Positions 33,084 through 45,029 of a DNA stretch of 64,000 bases are shown here, in pieces. Both the position numbers and the translations under genes were made by a program. Source of the DNA: the human T2T-CHM13v2.0 reference genome, Homo sapiens; the NCBI RefSeq assembly GCF_009914755.1, contig NC_060930.1; one strand, 5' to 3'. The notes under the pieces were generated by a model, which was given only the letters and a program-made list of their open reading frames with translations, ran no database searches and was not told the DNA's origin. Every line of letters starts with the position of its first letter. The stretch's first letter is position 1.

Positions 33084-33646
33084 CTGAAAGATGGAAATTC
33101 ATCACAGTTCTGATAATTCTACAGCCTAAAATTCAAGTTCTGATATAATCTGATCCCAAGCTAATATTCCCATAAAAGGCCCGAAATCCTTTTTGGAACA
33201 AGATAAGACATACATAAATGAACAGATGATTTACCAGTATTTATTTACAAGGGCCTCTTTATCATACCTAGGATATGGTCAGCTCCTTTCTATTTTTCCA
33301 ACTGTTTTTTTTTTTTTTTTTTTTTTTTTTGTCACAATGCCCTGCTACAATGCCCACCTCCTTCTTTGTGCTTTTAAGAACTCGGTTCAAATTCACCTCC
33401 TTCAAGCATTTTTCTTACTGCCCCAAGCCATTATGACTCTTCATGTGCTACAAATCTCTATGTTGACTGTAACCTTTGCCCTTGTGCCTCTGCTTCCTAT
33501 CACTCTGAAGTTTTAATGAGTCTGTTGTCACTTTGTCCAGAAATTACTGGGCCATGATGAATTTTTATTTTTAATTTATTTTATCAAGCGGGTCAGACCT
33601 TTGAGTGTTGGTGGTATATTATTCATTCTCTGCTGATGTATTTTAC

Positions 33647-34500
33647 CTTGTATCACTTGTGTTAAGGTCTTTGTCATCTCAAACTGGAAGGTCAGCAAGC
33701 ACTACACTACAGTTGCATTCCCCTGCTTTCCATTATTCCAGAACTTTTTTTCAGAGACGTGGCCATGATAGGTCTTACAGTTGTTGCATAAATCCCTTGG
33801 CTTCTACCAATCTGCACAATCACCATGTTGAAAAATGTTAATAATAGACTTAGATTGCTGAAAGGAGCCATACACAGATACCACTTGGGTAAATAAAATT
33901 AGGTTTAATTATCTAAAATAAACATAAGGACATTAGCTCAATAAGAGTACACAGTAGAGAAATCACAACATTGTTTAATGACAGGTAAAAGTCTACGCTT
34001 ATGGAACTCTCAAACTGGACCTACCAGTGGAACACAGTTGCATATGTTGTTTGAGTGAGCAGGGATCACAGCAGATCTCATAAATTTCAGAGTTGCACAA
34101 TGTACAGTATGACTGCAAAGGTATGGAGCACTGTGCATCCAGTACACTCAGCCCTGAACATCTTATCTATCATTCCCAACGTCCCCAGCTATCCCAGCGT
34201 GGGACAAACATATTTCTAACTTAATTTCTGTGGAGCTATGACAAGAATCTATTATCCAGGTGTTTCTGGGAATCTGGAATTTGGCAGGCCTTTAGAACTG
34301 CCAGTGGGCCCATGGTGTGTAAGATTTATATTCCTGTAGCAATTTCTGTATGTACCTTTTCCTTTGTCACTCAGCTTTTGTTCTGTTACAGTATCATCTA
34401 TATTTTTGTTAAGATCTATAGGATCAAATAAATAATACATTTTAATACATTTTACATCCACAATGCTTAACTCACCATATTGCACTTAAAAATATCATTT
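33647..34500 (-). pseudogene. Relic RGS domain in three exons (34356-~34500, 34025-34112, 33647-33857)
   Basis: Donors AAG|gtacat, CTG|gtaggt, AAG|gtaaaa; acceptors cctttgcag and ctcctttcag. Peptides YYLFDPIDLNKNIDD, SEIYEICCDPCSLKQ, QSKSIINIFQHGDCAD / VEAKGFMQQL*DLSWPRL. Confidence 0.6.
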
Positions 34501-34615
34501 TGTTAGACATTGGTTGTATACTTACTGAGTTTCAGGCATTATAATAAAGACTGGAAATACAAATGGACTAAACTTTGGTTTCTGGCTTAGAAGAATTCAG
34601 CATTTTAGCCAGCCT

Positions 34616-35057
34616 TGTGCAGCCATGAAGGTGTATTTCTTAGTTCTTCCTTTTAGGGAGAAGCTGCTTTTCCATGCAGTTCTGACTATTCTCATGTTTT
34701 TGGTTCAACTGAGGTGAGTCAAGCTCTCCCCAGGCAGCTCCCTGTCAATTACTGAACATAATGAAGATGCCAGGCCTGATCATTTTTTTACCCAAAGCAG
34801 GACTGCTCCACTAGTAATTCTTGTGCTGGACTCCCCTGTGTCCTGCCCAAGACTTTCTTAGTGCTGCCCTGCACTTCCTACCCAATCCTGCCTTTTTCTC
34901 TTTCTTCTTGTTTCACAGGTGTCAGATCTGCATCATGGAATAAAGGCTTTCCCTGCTATTCTTGTTCCTTCTTTTCTTATGTTTCTTAAGCTTTACCCTT
35001 AACAAATTTCTTATACTTCATCTTGGCATGTACTTTCAGATTTCCTGAGCTGATAAC
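34616..35057 (+). mobile_element. LTR16A-like ERVL LTR
   Basis: ttcacaggtgtcagatctgcatc..catcttggcatgtacttt. Confidence 0.75.
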
Positions 35058-35760
35058 ACACAGACACACACAACAATTATTTTAAAACGTGATAATTGTT
35101 ATAGTCAGGAATGTGTGCAAGCTATTATAGGAAACTTTTCTTGCCTTCCACAGAGACCTAGATAATTTTTTCCTTATGTGTTCTATTTTACCTTTTATAA
35201 GCTCTGCCTTTATCATAGAACATCTTATTGTTTTATAATTGCTTGCTTGTATGCTTGTCACTCCATTAGACTGTGAACTCCTGTGAATGAAAATTATATT
35301 TAATCTTTATGTACTAAAGGGTCTTTTATCAAGCTCAGTGGTGCCAAAAAATGCTTGTTGAGGAATGCATAGGACTTTGAGGAAAGCATCACAGAGGAGG
35401 AATCAGTTATCTGGATTTTGAAGAATGAGCAGGTTCTTTTCAAGTGAACAAGGGGAAGGATAAATATCTGATGGAAGGATCATCATCTAGAATCATATGC
35501 TAGGCACAGAGAGGTATGAACAAATGTATTCAGGAAGGCACAAGTCCCTTAGGCTAGAGCTTAGTGTGTTTGGGGATGTTGAGGAATGGGAGATGGTGAC
35601 GGGAAGATAAGTTAATCTTGCATAACATGTATAATTGCTGAATGTTTGTATTTAAAATCCACGTATGTCACTCCTCAAAATATGTTATTTAAGGAATTGC
35701 ATGTGGTGTGTGCATAGTAAGATGAGGCAAGGTGACTGAAATAAAAAGTTTCTGGCCGTA

Positions 35761-36093
35761 CAGTCATCCCTTGGTCTCCATGGATGATTGATTCTAGAAC
35801 CTCCTGCAGATACCATAATCCATGAATGCTCCAGTTCCAGATACAAAATGGTGTAGTATTTGCACAGAGCCTGTAGACATCCTCCTGTATACTTTAAATA
35901 ATATCTAGACTACATATAATACCTAATACAATGTAAGTGCTATGTAAATAGTTGTTATACTGTATTGTTTAGGGAATAATAGCAAGGGAAAATTCTGTAC
36001 GTGTTTAGTACAGACACAATATTTTTGACTGTTTTTGAACCATGATTGGTTGAATCCGCAGATGTTGAATTCACAAATACAGAGAGCCAGCTG
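35761..36093 (+). mobile_element. MER2
   Basis: TA-cagtcatcccttgg..gagagccagctg-TA. Confidence 0.92.
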
Positions 36094-36129
36094 TATTTCA
36101 GTTTGATGAAGAACAGAAAAAAATTATGA

Positions 36130-36450
36130 CAGAAAAATTATTTGTGATTATGAATGTTTCAGCTTTCTATAAAGAGATCAAGAGAAAAAATAAATTTGTT
36201 TTCTTGTGATGCCGTAGCAATGCAAATACGTTCTCCAGACTCATAACCTCAGGACTATTTCTATTTATTCTTCTTTGGCACATAAATCCTACTGTATGTT
36301 AAATATTTCTGGATTTTCCTCTGGAATAATTCAGGAGTCATTCCTTTCTATCCATATCTATAGCATCACGCTTCTGCACGCAGTACAAGCTTCCTGTCAA
36401 GTTTCTATCTGAGTCTCAACATCTCTAATTCAAGCGTTGCAAACCTTTAC
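36130..36450 (-). pseudogene. Possible relic RGS segment between two MER2 copies
   Basis: KGMTPELFQRKIQKYL and SLENVFALLRHHKKTNLF in different frames; weaker match. Confidence 0.35.
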
Positions 36451-36477
36451 TTACAATTGCAAGAAAAACCTATCACA

Positions 36478-36655
36478 TCTCATTATTCCGTAAACAATAT
36501 GATGTAACAACTATTTACATAGCCTTTATATTGAATTAGGTATTATAAGTAATCTAAATATTATTTAAAGTATACAGGAGGATGTGTATATATTATATGC
36601 AAGTATGACATCATTTTGTATCTGGAACTGGAGCATTCATGGATTTTGGTCCCTG
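36478..36655 (-). mobile_element. MER2 fragment
   Basis: aactatttacatagc..tttaaagtatacaggaggatgtg..ggattttgg. Confidence 0.85.
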
Positions 36656-38624
36656 CAGGTATCTGCATTTATTACATTGCTTTCTTAGGAAGGCATGATT
36701 TTGTTTGTTATTAGTTATGACATATATAAAAGTCTCAAGCCTGGCCTTCAAGATCCTCTAATTTCTACTTCCGTGAATCAACATCTAACCAGCCTCATCT
36801 CTTGGTACTTCCGAACAGGGCCAACGATATCCCTCAGTTGTTTTCTATACAATACACTTTTTTAGCCTTTCTTATGATATTTTCCCTTATTTGGAAGTCG
36901 TTTTCATTTTTATTATACTAATATATTTTCTTATTTCCACACCCACCTTTACTCTGAGTTCACTCAGGTTTGTGTGTGTATATATACACACAAACAAACA
37001 TACACATAAAATATATATGGGCATAGATAACATGTTTATATTTATTCTCACTTATTTTATTCATGTATGTTTTATTTCTCTTTCTTAGATTAGGAAAATA
37101 CTGAGTCTTTTAAGTCTTTCGAATGTGTCTGCTAATAGTCCCTGTTTTAAATTCTACAAGCTATTAAATAGGAAATAAGTGGAGGAATAAAATGCACATC
37201 CCTCTGATAATGTATTTCAAACCTTGATTGCCATTAACTCCCTCTTTCAATCACCTACTGTCTAGATTTCAGCCTTTTCCTTCCCCTGCAGATCTCAAAG
37301 GCAGTAATTCTTAACTTCAGATGGGAGGATGAGGAAGAGAGGAGTGATATAGAGAATGGTTATGGATAGCACTACACAGGAGACCATACTGTAATCAAGG
37401 AAAGGCATATATCACTTGAAGACATTTTCTCAGAATTATTATTTTCTCCCTTCAAGACGTATCTCTTCTTTTTACCTTGACAAAAATCACTAATCACCAA
37501 ATTATGGTATTCCTGAGACTACTCTGCAACTGGGTTTATTTGATTTATTTCATTACATTTTCATATATAAAATGTTAGATCTAGTTGAATTTTTTGAACA
37601 CAGCCATAAGCTAGAACTAGTCAATGCAAGTAATTAGACAAACATCAGAGAAGGGAAGCAATTGTCTTTTTAAAATTCACCATAAGATTGATAGCTAATA
37701 TTAAGTAATTTGATTCGAGTGTCATATGTATCAACCAGCAAATATTATAAAACCACTGCACTGAGGCAAGACTCTTGTCTTCTCTTAGCTCTGCCATCGT
37801 CTTTGTGGACATGGGCCCTTAGGCTTCATTGCTTCATGAGGGTAAGGTGTTTTACCTACTTACAGTTCTAATATTCTCTTTAAATTCCTGCTGGGCGCCA
37901 GGCATGGTGCAAAATGAGTAAGTGTAGAAGACTTGCTTTCTGCTTTCAAGGTGGTAGAGAATCTTAGAGAAACAATACCATGGGTGCAAACATCTTCCTT
38001 GAAAGTTATCTATAACAATTTACAAATTTACAAAGAATGTAAATATACTGTCAACAACTTCTCAGAAGAGAATATTTTTCTTAAGAAAACCCCAGAGATA
38101 TCAAACCTTCAAAAGTTCATGAGATCAGTTATGTTGTAAAAAGAAGTTAAAGTTGTAATACGGCAAATATTTAAAAATCTTCATTAAGATGGGAAACAAA
38201 AACCTAACACCATCATCTCTAAAAAATCTGTACTTTCTCTTTTCTTCCTGCCATGTCACATATATTAACAATTCTGTGTCTATGAGGAAGAGAGGCAAAG
38301 AGAAGGGAAGTGTAGCTGAAGGAAGCCTGTTGTGTCTCTGGAATTGGCTTCCTTCCATGAGCTACTTTATTGAGCACCTCCAGATATTATGTTTCCAAAG
38401 GGCAAAATTTTGTCTTTTTCATCTTCATTTCCTCAGAGTTCCTAGCAAAGGTTATAGAGTCAGTAATTATTTGTTGCCCAGCAGATGAATTGAAATGATT
38501 TGAGAATTATATCTCACATTTATTAGGCAACTTCTTAAGTAATGCCATATTTTTAGATAGTCGCCTCCTCCCGTTCTTTCAATGGTGTTCTCTTCTCATC
38601 ATTTCCAAATTCCTACTTTTTTCT

Positions 38625-39115
38625 GTGTTTGGTTAGGGGCACCTAAGGTGCTTGAACAAAGAAATTGAAGTGTTCAGTGGCTGAGAGACTATGACTTATT
38701 GTTTCTAACCTTCTTTGAGGTAAGTGCTAACCTTCTCTGAGGTTGGTAGTAGGCTGTCCTCCATGTAAGTATTTTGGGAGCCAGGTTAATAATGTGGCAT
38801 TACCGTTGTCAACAAGTCACATTCAAGGCTCCTTAGCACAAGGCTCTTCAGTGCTTAAAAGAATGGAGGAGGACCTTGAGCCAGATGAGAGGGAGAAGAA
38901 CAGAAATCTGGGGCCAGGGAATTATGCTTAAACAAGTTAAACACATAATGTATGCTCCAGTCCCATGGTGAAGCTGTTAATCATAGCCTACACTTAGAGC
39001 ATGGGGGCTGGGGAGCTCAGTTTCTTGCTGGGCAGTGATGTCACAACTACAACTTTTTTACAGTGGAAGAAGGAAGAATCTTATTTTCATTTTTGCTGGA
39101 CAGCTGGCAGCCTCT
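38625..39115 (-). mobile_element. MLT1J/K-like MaLR LTR
   Basis: cagtggctgaga..gggggctggggagctcagtttcttgctgggc..ggacagctggcag. Confidence 0.55.
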
Positions 39116-39834
39116 GCTGGATTTTCTTTTCTTGCCGGCAATTTGCTGTATTTTAATAGCAAATATAAAATTTATGGACTCAGGCTCTAGAAAACATTTT
39201 AAAGAATATGTATATTTTATATTTTTCCTCTAGGCACTAATTTCCTTGTCCTCACAGTGGTTTTGTTCTAATGAGAACCCTACTCAGGGGTAGTGATATT
39301 ACTCAGGTAAAAGATATTCCTATCCTGTCTCAGTTACTCTGATATGTTCGGGGAATCTAGAGTTTATTTCTAAGATCTTGTTATTTGTTAGTTTTACAAT
39401 AACAGAATCTTATATTTCTGTTGCCAAATTGTCAGAAAATTTCTTATCAGTGGTCTAAACCAAATAATGCAAAGTGCTTAAAATAATGGAGGAGTGCCCT
39501 GAGGTAAATTTTAAAGCAAATATAATTATTGCATCCATTAGTATAATTAGAGTCTTTGGTTTGAAATACATTCCTTGTGCAGTTTGCTGTTAAGTAATTG
39601 CTGCGATATACTATTTTGTTGCCTGTTGGAATTTAGTAAGTAAGAGTTTTTCCCAGGTTTTGTATTTTGAATTATAATCTCTAACATATATTCTTTAATA
39701 ACTGTAAAGTTAGCTAGGGCTTATAAAAGGTCAGCTATGAGTATTTATACAAATTTGCCTCAAGAAGAATGGCTAAATATGAGAGAGATAAACCTATAAC
39801 AATTAGGATGATTTTTTGATTTCTCTTTATACTT

Positions 39835-40299
39835 TCCTCTATATGTACTTCCACCGAACCACTGAGGATACTGCAACTCCATTTCCTTGGCAAAATAATT
39901 TCAAAGAGTGTTGAAATGAAAATCACTTATGTTTTAATGACTCTGACTGTCAACAGCTGACCTTCTGTTAGTAGCAGAGAACACTGTACTTGCACAAAGA
40001 GGGGAGTATAAAACAATTCCTTGAATTGTATAACCTTAGGGTCATCTGAGTTATTAGTTGCTAATTTTAGAGATGCTGAAAAGTATAGAAGAAAGTACAG
40101 AAGTTTTTTTTTTTTTTCATGGACTGTCTTTTTGTGAATTGTAGAGGAAAACTATGATTTCTACATAGTAGATCAGAAGGATTTTAATTACTTTTCTTCT
40201 TAATATATATTTTGGTCCAGAACAACTATCTGTCATTACAGAATTATAGAAAAAAGATGCCATGGTAAATACTTTCTCTATTAATTGCCTAAAGGTCAT
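39835..40299 (-). pseudogene. Relic RGS domain in two exons (40117-40299 and 39835-39988)
   Basis: MTFRQLIEKVFTMASF / FL*FCNDR*LFWTKIYIKK / FLYNSQKDSP. After acceptor ctctttgtgcaag: TVFSATNRRSAVDSQSH*NISDFHFNTL*NYFAKEMELQYPQWFGGSTYR. Confidence 0.7.
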
Positions 40300-40649
40300 G
40301 ATTAAAAATCTAGGGATTTTTAGACCAGGGCTAGTTTGATGTGATTGGTGTCATAGAACCTGAGAAAGGATTTGCAGAGGTCTATGTGGGTAGAGAAAGT
40401 ATTGTGGGGAAATCGTCATCATCATCATCATCATCATCGAGTGCTCATATTTCAAGTAAGGAGAGGAGAGTGATAAAATGGCAATGGACAATCTTTGAGG
40501 AAACAATTTAAATTCCTCTAATTTCCATTTAACCAGAATGGAAAAGTCTAAAAATTCAAATATTTAGTTCTTAGGATTTTCACTTTGAAGTTTACCTTTA
40601 ACTGTTTTTATTCTATTAATCCCAGGTGAAACAATGTTTTTTTCTTGAA

Positions 40650-41316
40650 ACTCCATATTTAAGAGTTTTTAAAAAGAAAAACAATGATAGAATGACAAGA
40701 GAAGTTCTCTTCTCTAATATTTTCATCGTTGCATTAAAGAAATTTGCAGTAGGATGGTGGGGATTTATAAAAGGAACATCCTACTGAAAAGGTCAGCTGT
40801 TTTCCCCTTGTGGAGGTATCAAGGAGGGAAAGTGAAGGAAGAACGCTTTCCCCAAAGTTTGAGGAGAATGTGCTATCCTGCCCTTTATCAAGGAGGTAAA
40901 GTGGAGGAAGAACGCTTACCCCAAAGTTTGAGGAGAATGCGCTATCCTGCCCTTTTTATACTTTGGCTTTGTATTTATTTAGTCTCTGTGGTCCTGAGGA
41001 AGGTGATTTGGTTTCATCCTCACATGGTGAGCCACACAGGCTGCCAGCCCCACTTGGGGATTTTGCAGGATGTCATTTCATGTTGAGTGCATGGACGGTG
41101 TCCAAAGGTAGAAATGAGCTGATACATTTTATTATAGGATGTTGCTTCTAAAAAGTGTTTATTCCTAATAGTCCTTTGTCAGGGCAGAATATAGTGTATG
41201 GAAAAACTGAAAGTTCCAGGGGAAGTGGAAAGGATCACCACCTGCAGAGTCAGATATTCACTTCTGGTAACTCTGTGGACCTTTGGCAGGGGGCTTCAGA
41301 AGAGGAGATGCTGTTC
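40650..41316 (-). pseudogene. Relic RGS exon pieces (41130-41316 and 40650-40750)
   Basis: Acceptor ttctttgcttcttccag; PAKGPQSYQK*ISDSAGGDPFHF / RTIRNKHFLEATS; second piece ANFFNATMKILEKR..FFLKTLKY. Confidence 0.45.
40817..40954 (+). repeat. Tandem duplication, 2 x 69 bp
   Basis: tatcaaggagg..gctatcctgccctt at 40817 and 40886; 4 mismatches. Confidence 0.93.
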
Positions 41317-41469
41317 CTGGAAGAAGCAAAGAATTGGGGCCTATGGCTGTATATTCTTTACATTTTTATTTTTAGAATGCAAAATTTATTTTATGAATTA
41401 AAAATTACACACATAAAAGGTACCATTATGTTATCTTCTTTAGTTGAAGATAATATTTCTTTTTTGAAA

Positions 41470-41803
41470 TGATATGTCTCTTCATGGTTTTGATTTGCAT
41501 TTCTCTAATGATCAGTGATGTTGAGCTTTTATGTTTCTTGGCCACATGAATATCTTCTTTTGAAAAGTGTCTGTTCATGTTCTTTGCCCACTTTTTAATG
41601 TGATAGTTTGCTTTTTTGGTGTAAATTTTTTTAAGTTCCTTACATATGCTGACTATCAGACCTTGGTCAGATGCATAGTTTGCAAACATTTTCTCCCATT
41701 TTGTAGGTTGTCTGTTCACTCTGTTGGTAGTTTCTTTTGCTGTGCAGAAGCTCTTTAGTTTAATTAGATCTCATTTGTCAATTTTTGCTTTGGTTGCAAT
41801 TGC
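41470..41803 (-). mobile_element. Internal L1PA/PB ORF2 fragment
   Basis: Track ORF 41426..41719 [29 protein letters not shown]; no 3'UTR. Confidence 0.9.
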
Positions 41804-42392
41804 AAAAGTTCAGAATGCTCATTCAGACCCATGAAATGTATTCCAAGTACCGCTATAAGGAGGGCGAGAGCATAGATAATCCAATCAAAATCACTATATC
41901 TTCTTGGGTTGTTATAAATATGTAAAGTAATCATGACAGAGTCCAGAAGTAGTGTGGTCCTGACTGATTTTCACCAACCCTGTTAAATTTGGTTCTATAA
42001 GAAAAATATTATGTTTCTATAAGGATCATGTCTCTTAAATTCAGGCCTAGATAAGCTGCCTTACTTGAGGTAAATTTTTGGATTTAATGTTTAAAGATTT
42101 CCCAGGGCCTATATGAAAGAAAAACGAATTGGACAACTCCAGGTTTGACTTCATTCTACTTCTCCAAATGTATTATCCATTTAATTAGGGACCAGATCTT
42201 TAATCTGGTAGTGAGGTACTTGGCAACTTTAAGAGTTGATTGAGTTATTATAGTAAATGGGTTGGAGTAGAGCTTAGTTACAAAGAGTACACATAATTTT
42301 TGTCAATGACAATTATATTTTTATGTTTCATCTCCTTGAATCTTGAAATTAAAACCAATTTATAAACAAACAGTAAAAACAGCATATTTGAC

Positions 42393-43043
42393 CTTTTCTT
42401 AAATTTATTTATGAGGCTTTATTACTGCCTGAGAGTACTTTGGGTTTTTTCAAAATTATTTGTTATTTGTTCAAATGGATTCTAATAAGTACAATATATT
42501 GTCCAGATACTACAGAAGACATAGAGCAGTTTTGAATAAAATGATGTTCCTTTGGAAATGCTTCATGGGAGCCATTGGAATCTTTGCCAGAAATGCAGAG
42601 TGACACCAATTGAACATCCTTAGAACTTGCTATGGTCTGAATGTTTATATTTGTTCAAACTTCATATGTTGAAATCCTCATCCTAACAGTGATGGTATCA
42701 GGAGGTGGGGCCTTTTGACAGGTGGCTAGGCCATCATGGTAGAGCCCTCATGAATGGGTTTAGTGCTCTTATAAAATAAGCCCAAGGAGCTCATTGGCCA
42801 ATTCCACCATGTAAAAGATGCAGCAGGAAGATGCCATTAATGAGAAATGACCCTCACCAACACTGAACCTGCCAATACCTTATCTTGGACATCCCTGTCT
42901 CTCCAGAACTGTGATAAATAAATTTCTGTTGTTTATTAGCTACCTAGTTTATGGTATTTGGTTATGGTTATAGCAACCTGAATACACTAAGACAGAACTT
43001 CAGCAGTGGATTCCAAGGAATTTACTGGGGGATTTTTTCTACC
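42393..43043 (-). pseudogene. Relic RGS exon interrupted by MLT1A0
   Basis: Removing the LTR and one GAACT copy gives PWNPLLKF*GCSIGVTLHFWQRF; downstream ILFKTALCLL*YLDNILYLLESI*TNNK*F*KNPKY. Confidence 0.55.
42628..42994 (+). mobile_element. MLT1A0 solo LTR
   Basis: tgctatggtctgaatgttt..cactaagaca; perfect 5-bp TSD GAACT. Confidence 0.9.
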
Positions 43044-43184
43044 CTAATTTAAGTCCTAGGTTAAGGGAAGAAAAATGTAAATAACAGACATTTTATTGAT
43101 AGAAATGCCAGAAAAAAGTTCTGCCTTATAGGGGACTCAGTGATAAACTGGATTTGAGAGATCTAGGGGGACATAAGTGTACCA

Positions 43185-44070
43185 ATTGGACACTTCACAT
43201 GCACTATTGACATCCTCTCAGCCTCATCTTATAGTCTGACCAAGGCTATAATGACCAGTTCTGGACTGGCTTTGAATAGTTTTGAGCAGATGTATCCTGA
43301 CATAGGCTCACTCTAGGAATGTATTGTGAGTCCCTCTTTTCTTGCCCTGATGTTTGGGGTCCCATAGGAATCACCTGGCACTCAAGCATGGACAACCACA
43401 AGGAAGTGTGGGACAGTTTACACCCAGCAAGTCAGCCAGCTCTTGACCAATGGATACAGGAGCCTAGACATAAATGCTTCCATCTTCCTTCATGAGATAT
43501 GTCCTATAAGGCAGGGGTCTCTAGCCACCAGGCTGCGGACTGGTACTGGTCTGGTCTGTGGCCTGTTAGAAACTGGGCCACACAGCAGGTGGGGCAGAGG
43601 GCACACAGTAGGAGGTGGGGGTAAGCAAGCATTACCACCTGAGCTCCACCTCCTGTAAGCTCAGCAGTGGCATTAGATTCTCATAGGAGCTGGAAACCTA
43701 TTGTGAACTGCACATGCAAGGGATTTAGATTGAGCACTCCTTATGAGAATCTAACTAATGCCTGATGGTCTGAGGTAGAACAGTTTCATCTTGAAACCAT
43801 CCCCCCCCACCACGCCCTTTGATGGAAAAATTTTCTTCCATGAAACAAGTCACCGGTGCAAAAAAGGTTGAGGTTCACTGCATAAGGCTTCTAGAAAGTC
43901 TGTTAGTTTTTCACAGTTGTATAACAACTTGGAAAAACTTGTTGTATTGACTCTCTTCTTCCACATATACTGCTGTCCCCCACCCTTGCTTTCTGGGATC
44001 ATGTTCCTCAATATAGCATGCATACATCAATCTTTTTCTCAAGATGCACTTTCAGAGGATCTCAGGGAAA
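43185..44070 (+). mobile_element. Old ERVL LTR (LTR16/50-like) split by MER1B
   Basis: cttgaccaatgg..ataaatgcttcc..ctgggatcatgttcc..ctcaagatgcactttc. Confidence 0.5.
43512..43880 (+). mobile_element. MER1B (hAT-Charlie)
   Basis: caggggtc..gcattagattctcataggagc..aaaaggttgaggttcactg; near-TSD ctataagg/cataagg. Confidence 0.9.
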
Positions 44071-44347
44071 AATTCTATAAATCAATACTAAAAGACAACT
44101 AGCACACTAGAAAAATAGGCACATTATATAAACTAGCAGTTTAACAAAAATTATAACTTTTACAAAAATAAGAATGTAAATACAACTTTCAATCATTACA
44201 AATAGAAATTAGAACAAAAATTAAATAAAATTCTAACTTATTAGAATAGCAAATTAAAATTGATAACTTTATTGTAGTGAATGTTTGAGGAAACAGTCTC
44301 CAACTTGGTGGAGATATCACATTGCAGGTTAATTTGATATCATCTTT

Positions 44348-44920
44348 TTGGAAATAAATTCTCTGTGAATATTCTCACATTTCTGCATGATTTGGGATTT
44401 CTGAGCAAGGGACATGTTTTCATACAAAGGTCTTGAAAACTAGAGACTGTGAATTGCTCCAGAGGGTTGTAGAAACTTACCTCCTATGGACAAATAGTCA
44501 GTTACTTTCCAGGGTTGTCAGATTTCTCTCTTTCTCTCATTCTCTCTTTCTCTGTGTACATAAGGGGAGATACATGCAGATATACCAGCTACTCTATATG
44601 AACTATTAGTCTCATAATTTCAGGGATCTTCTGTGGTGCAAACTCTGCCCCACATATAGGTTGATATTGTGTCCTCATTGCATTGCCCTGTGAGGAATTG
44701 GGGCATGGGGAACTCATGCAAGATATTACTCTTGCTGTTCTTTTTGCTGTAATACATGATTTGTTCTCTGGTCCAGATGTCTGGTGTTTCTGTCAGTACA
44801 TATACATATACATACACATATGCATATACATATGCATGCACAGACATACACACACTCATAACCATGGCAGACTAACTTGTAAGTAAAATAAATATCTTTA
44901 ACTCATGGGACTTCTGAACA
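44348..44920 (+). mobile_element. LTR40c-like LTR with TA/CA microsatellite
   Basis: gccctgtgaggaattgggg..catggcagactaacttgtaagt. Confidence 0.65.
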
Positions 44921-45029
44921 TAATGTATTTCTCAAAAGTAAAGGTGAGCATAACATTTTTACATAGTTTTAAATCTCTAGACATTTATTTTACATACATA
45001 TTCACACATCATGTTGCACATAATGTAAT

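Noticed and set aside
33647-33811. SAND-domain-like reading (DLCNNCKTYHG..KKF..LTFQFE)
   Set aside because: The alternative frame fits RGS helices 7-9 and agrees with the neighbouring exons.
37301-37530. Exon-like reads on both strands
   Set aside because: Bounded by hAT-like termini (cagtaattcttaac..aaaaatcact); probably an old MITE.
33854-40750. Plus-strand exon chain (33854-33888, 39258-39306, 40221-40264, 40626-) giving IAERSHTQIPLGGFVLMRTLLRGSDITQNNYLSLQNYRKKMPW*
   Set aside because: Phases are compatible but there is no recognisable protein or start. Such pseudo-exons are common in AT-rich DNA and two lie antisense to RGS relics. A spliced lncRNA is not excluded.
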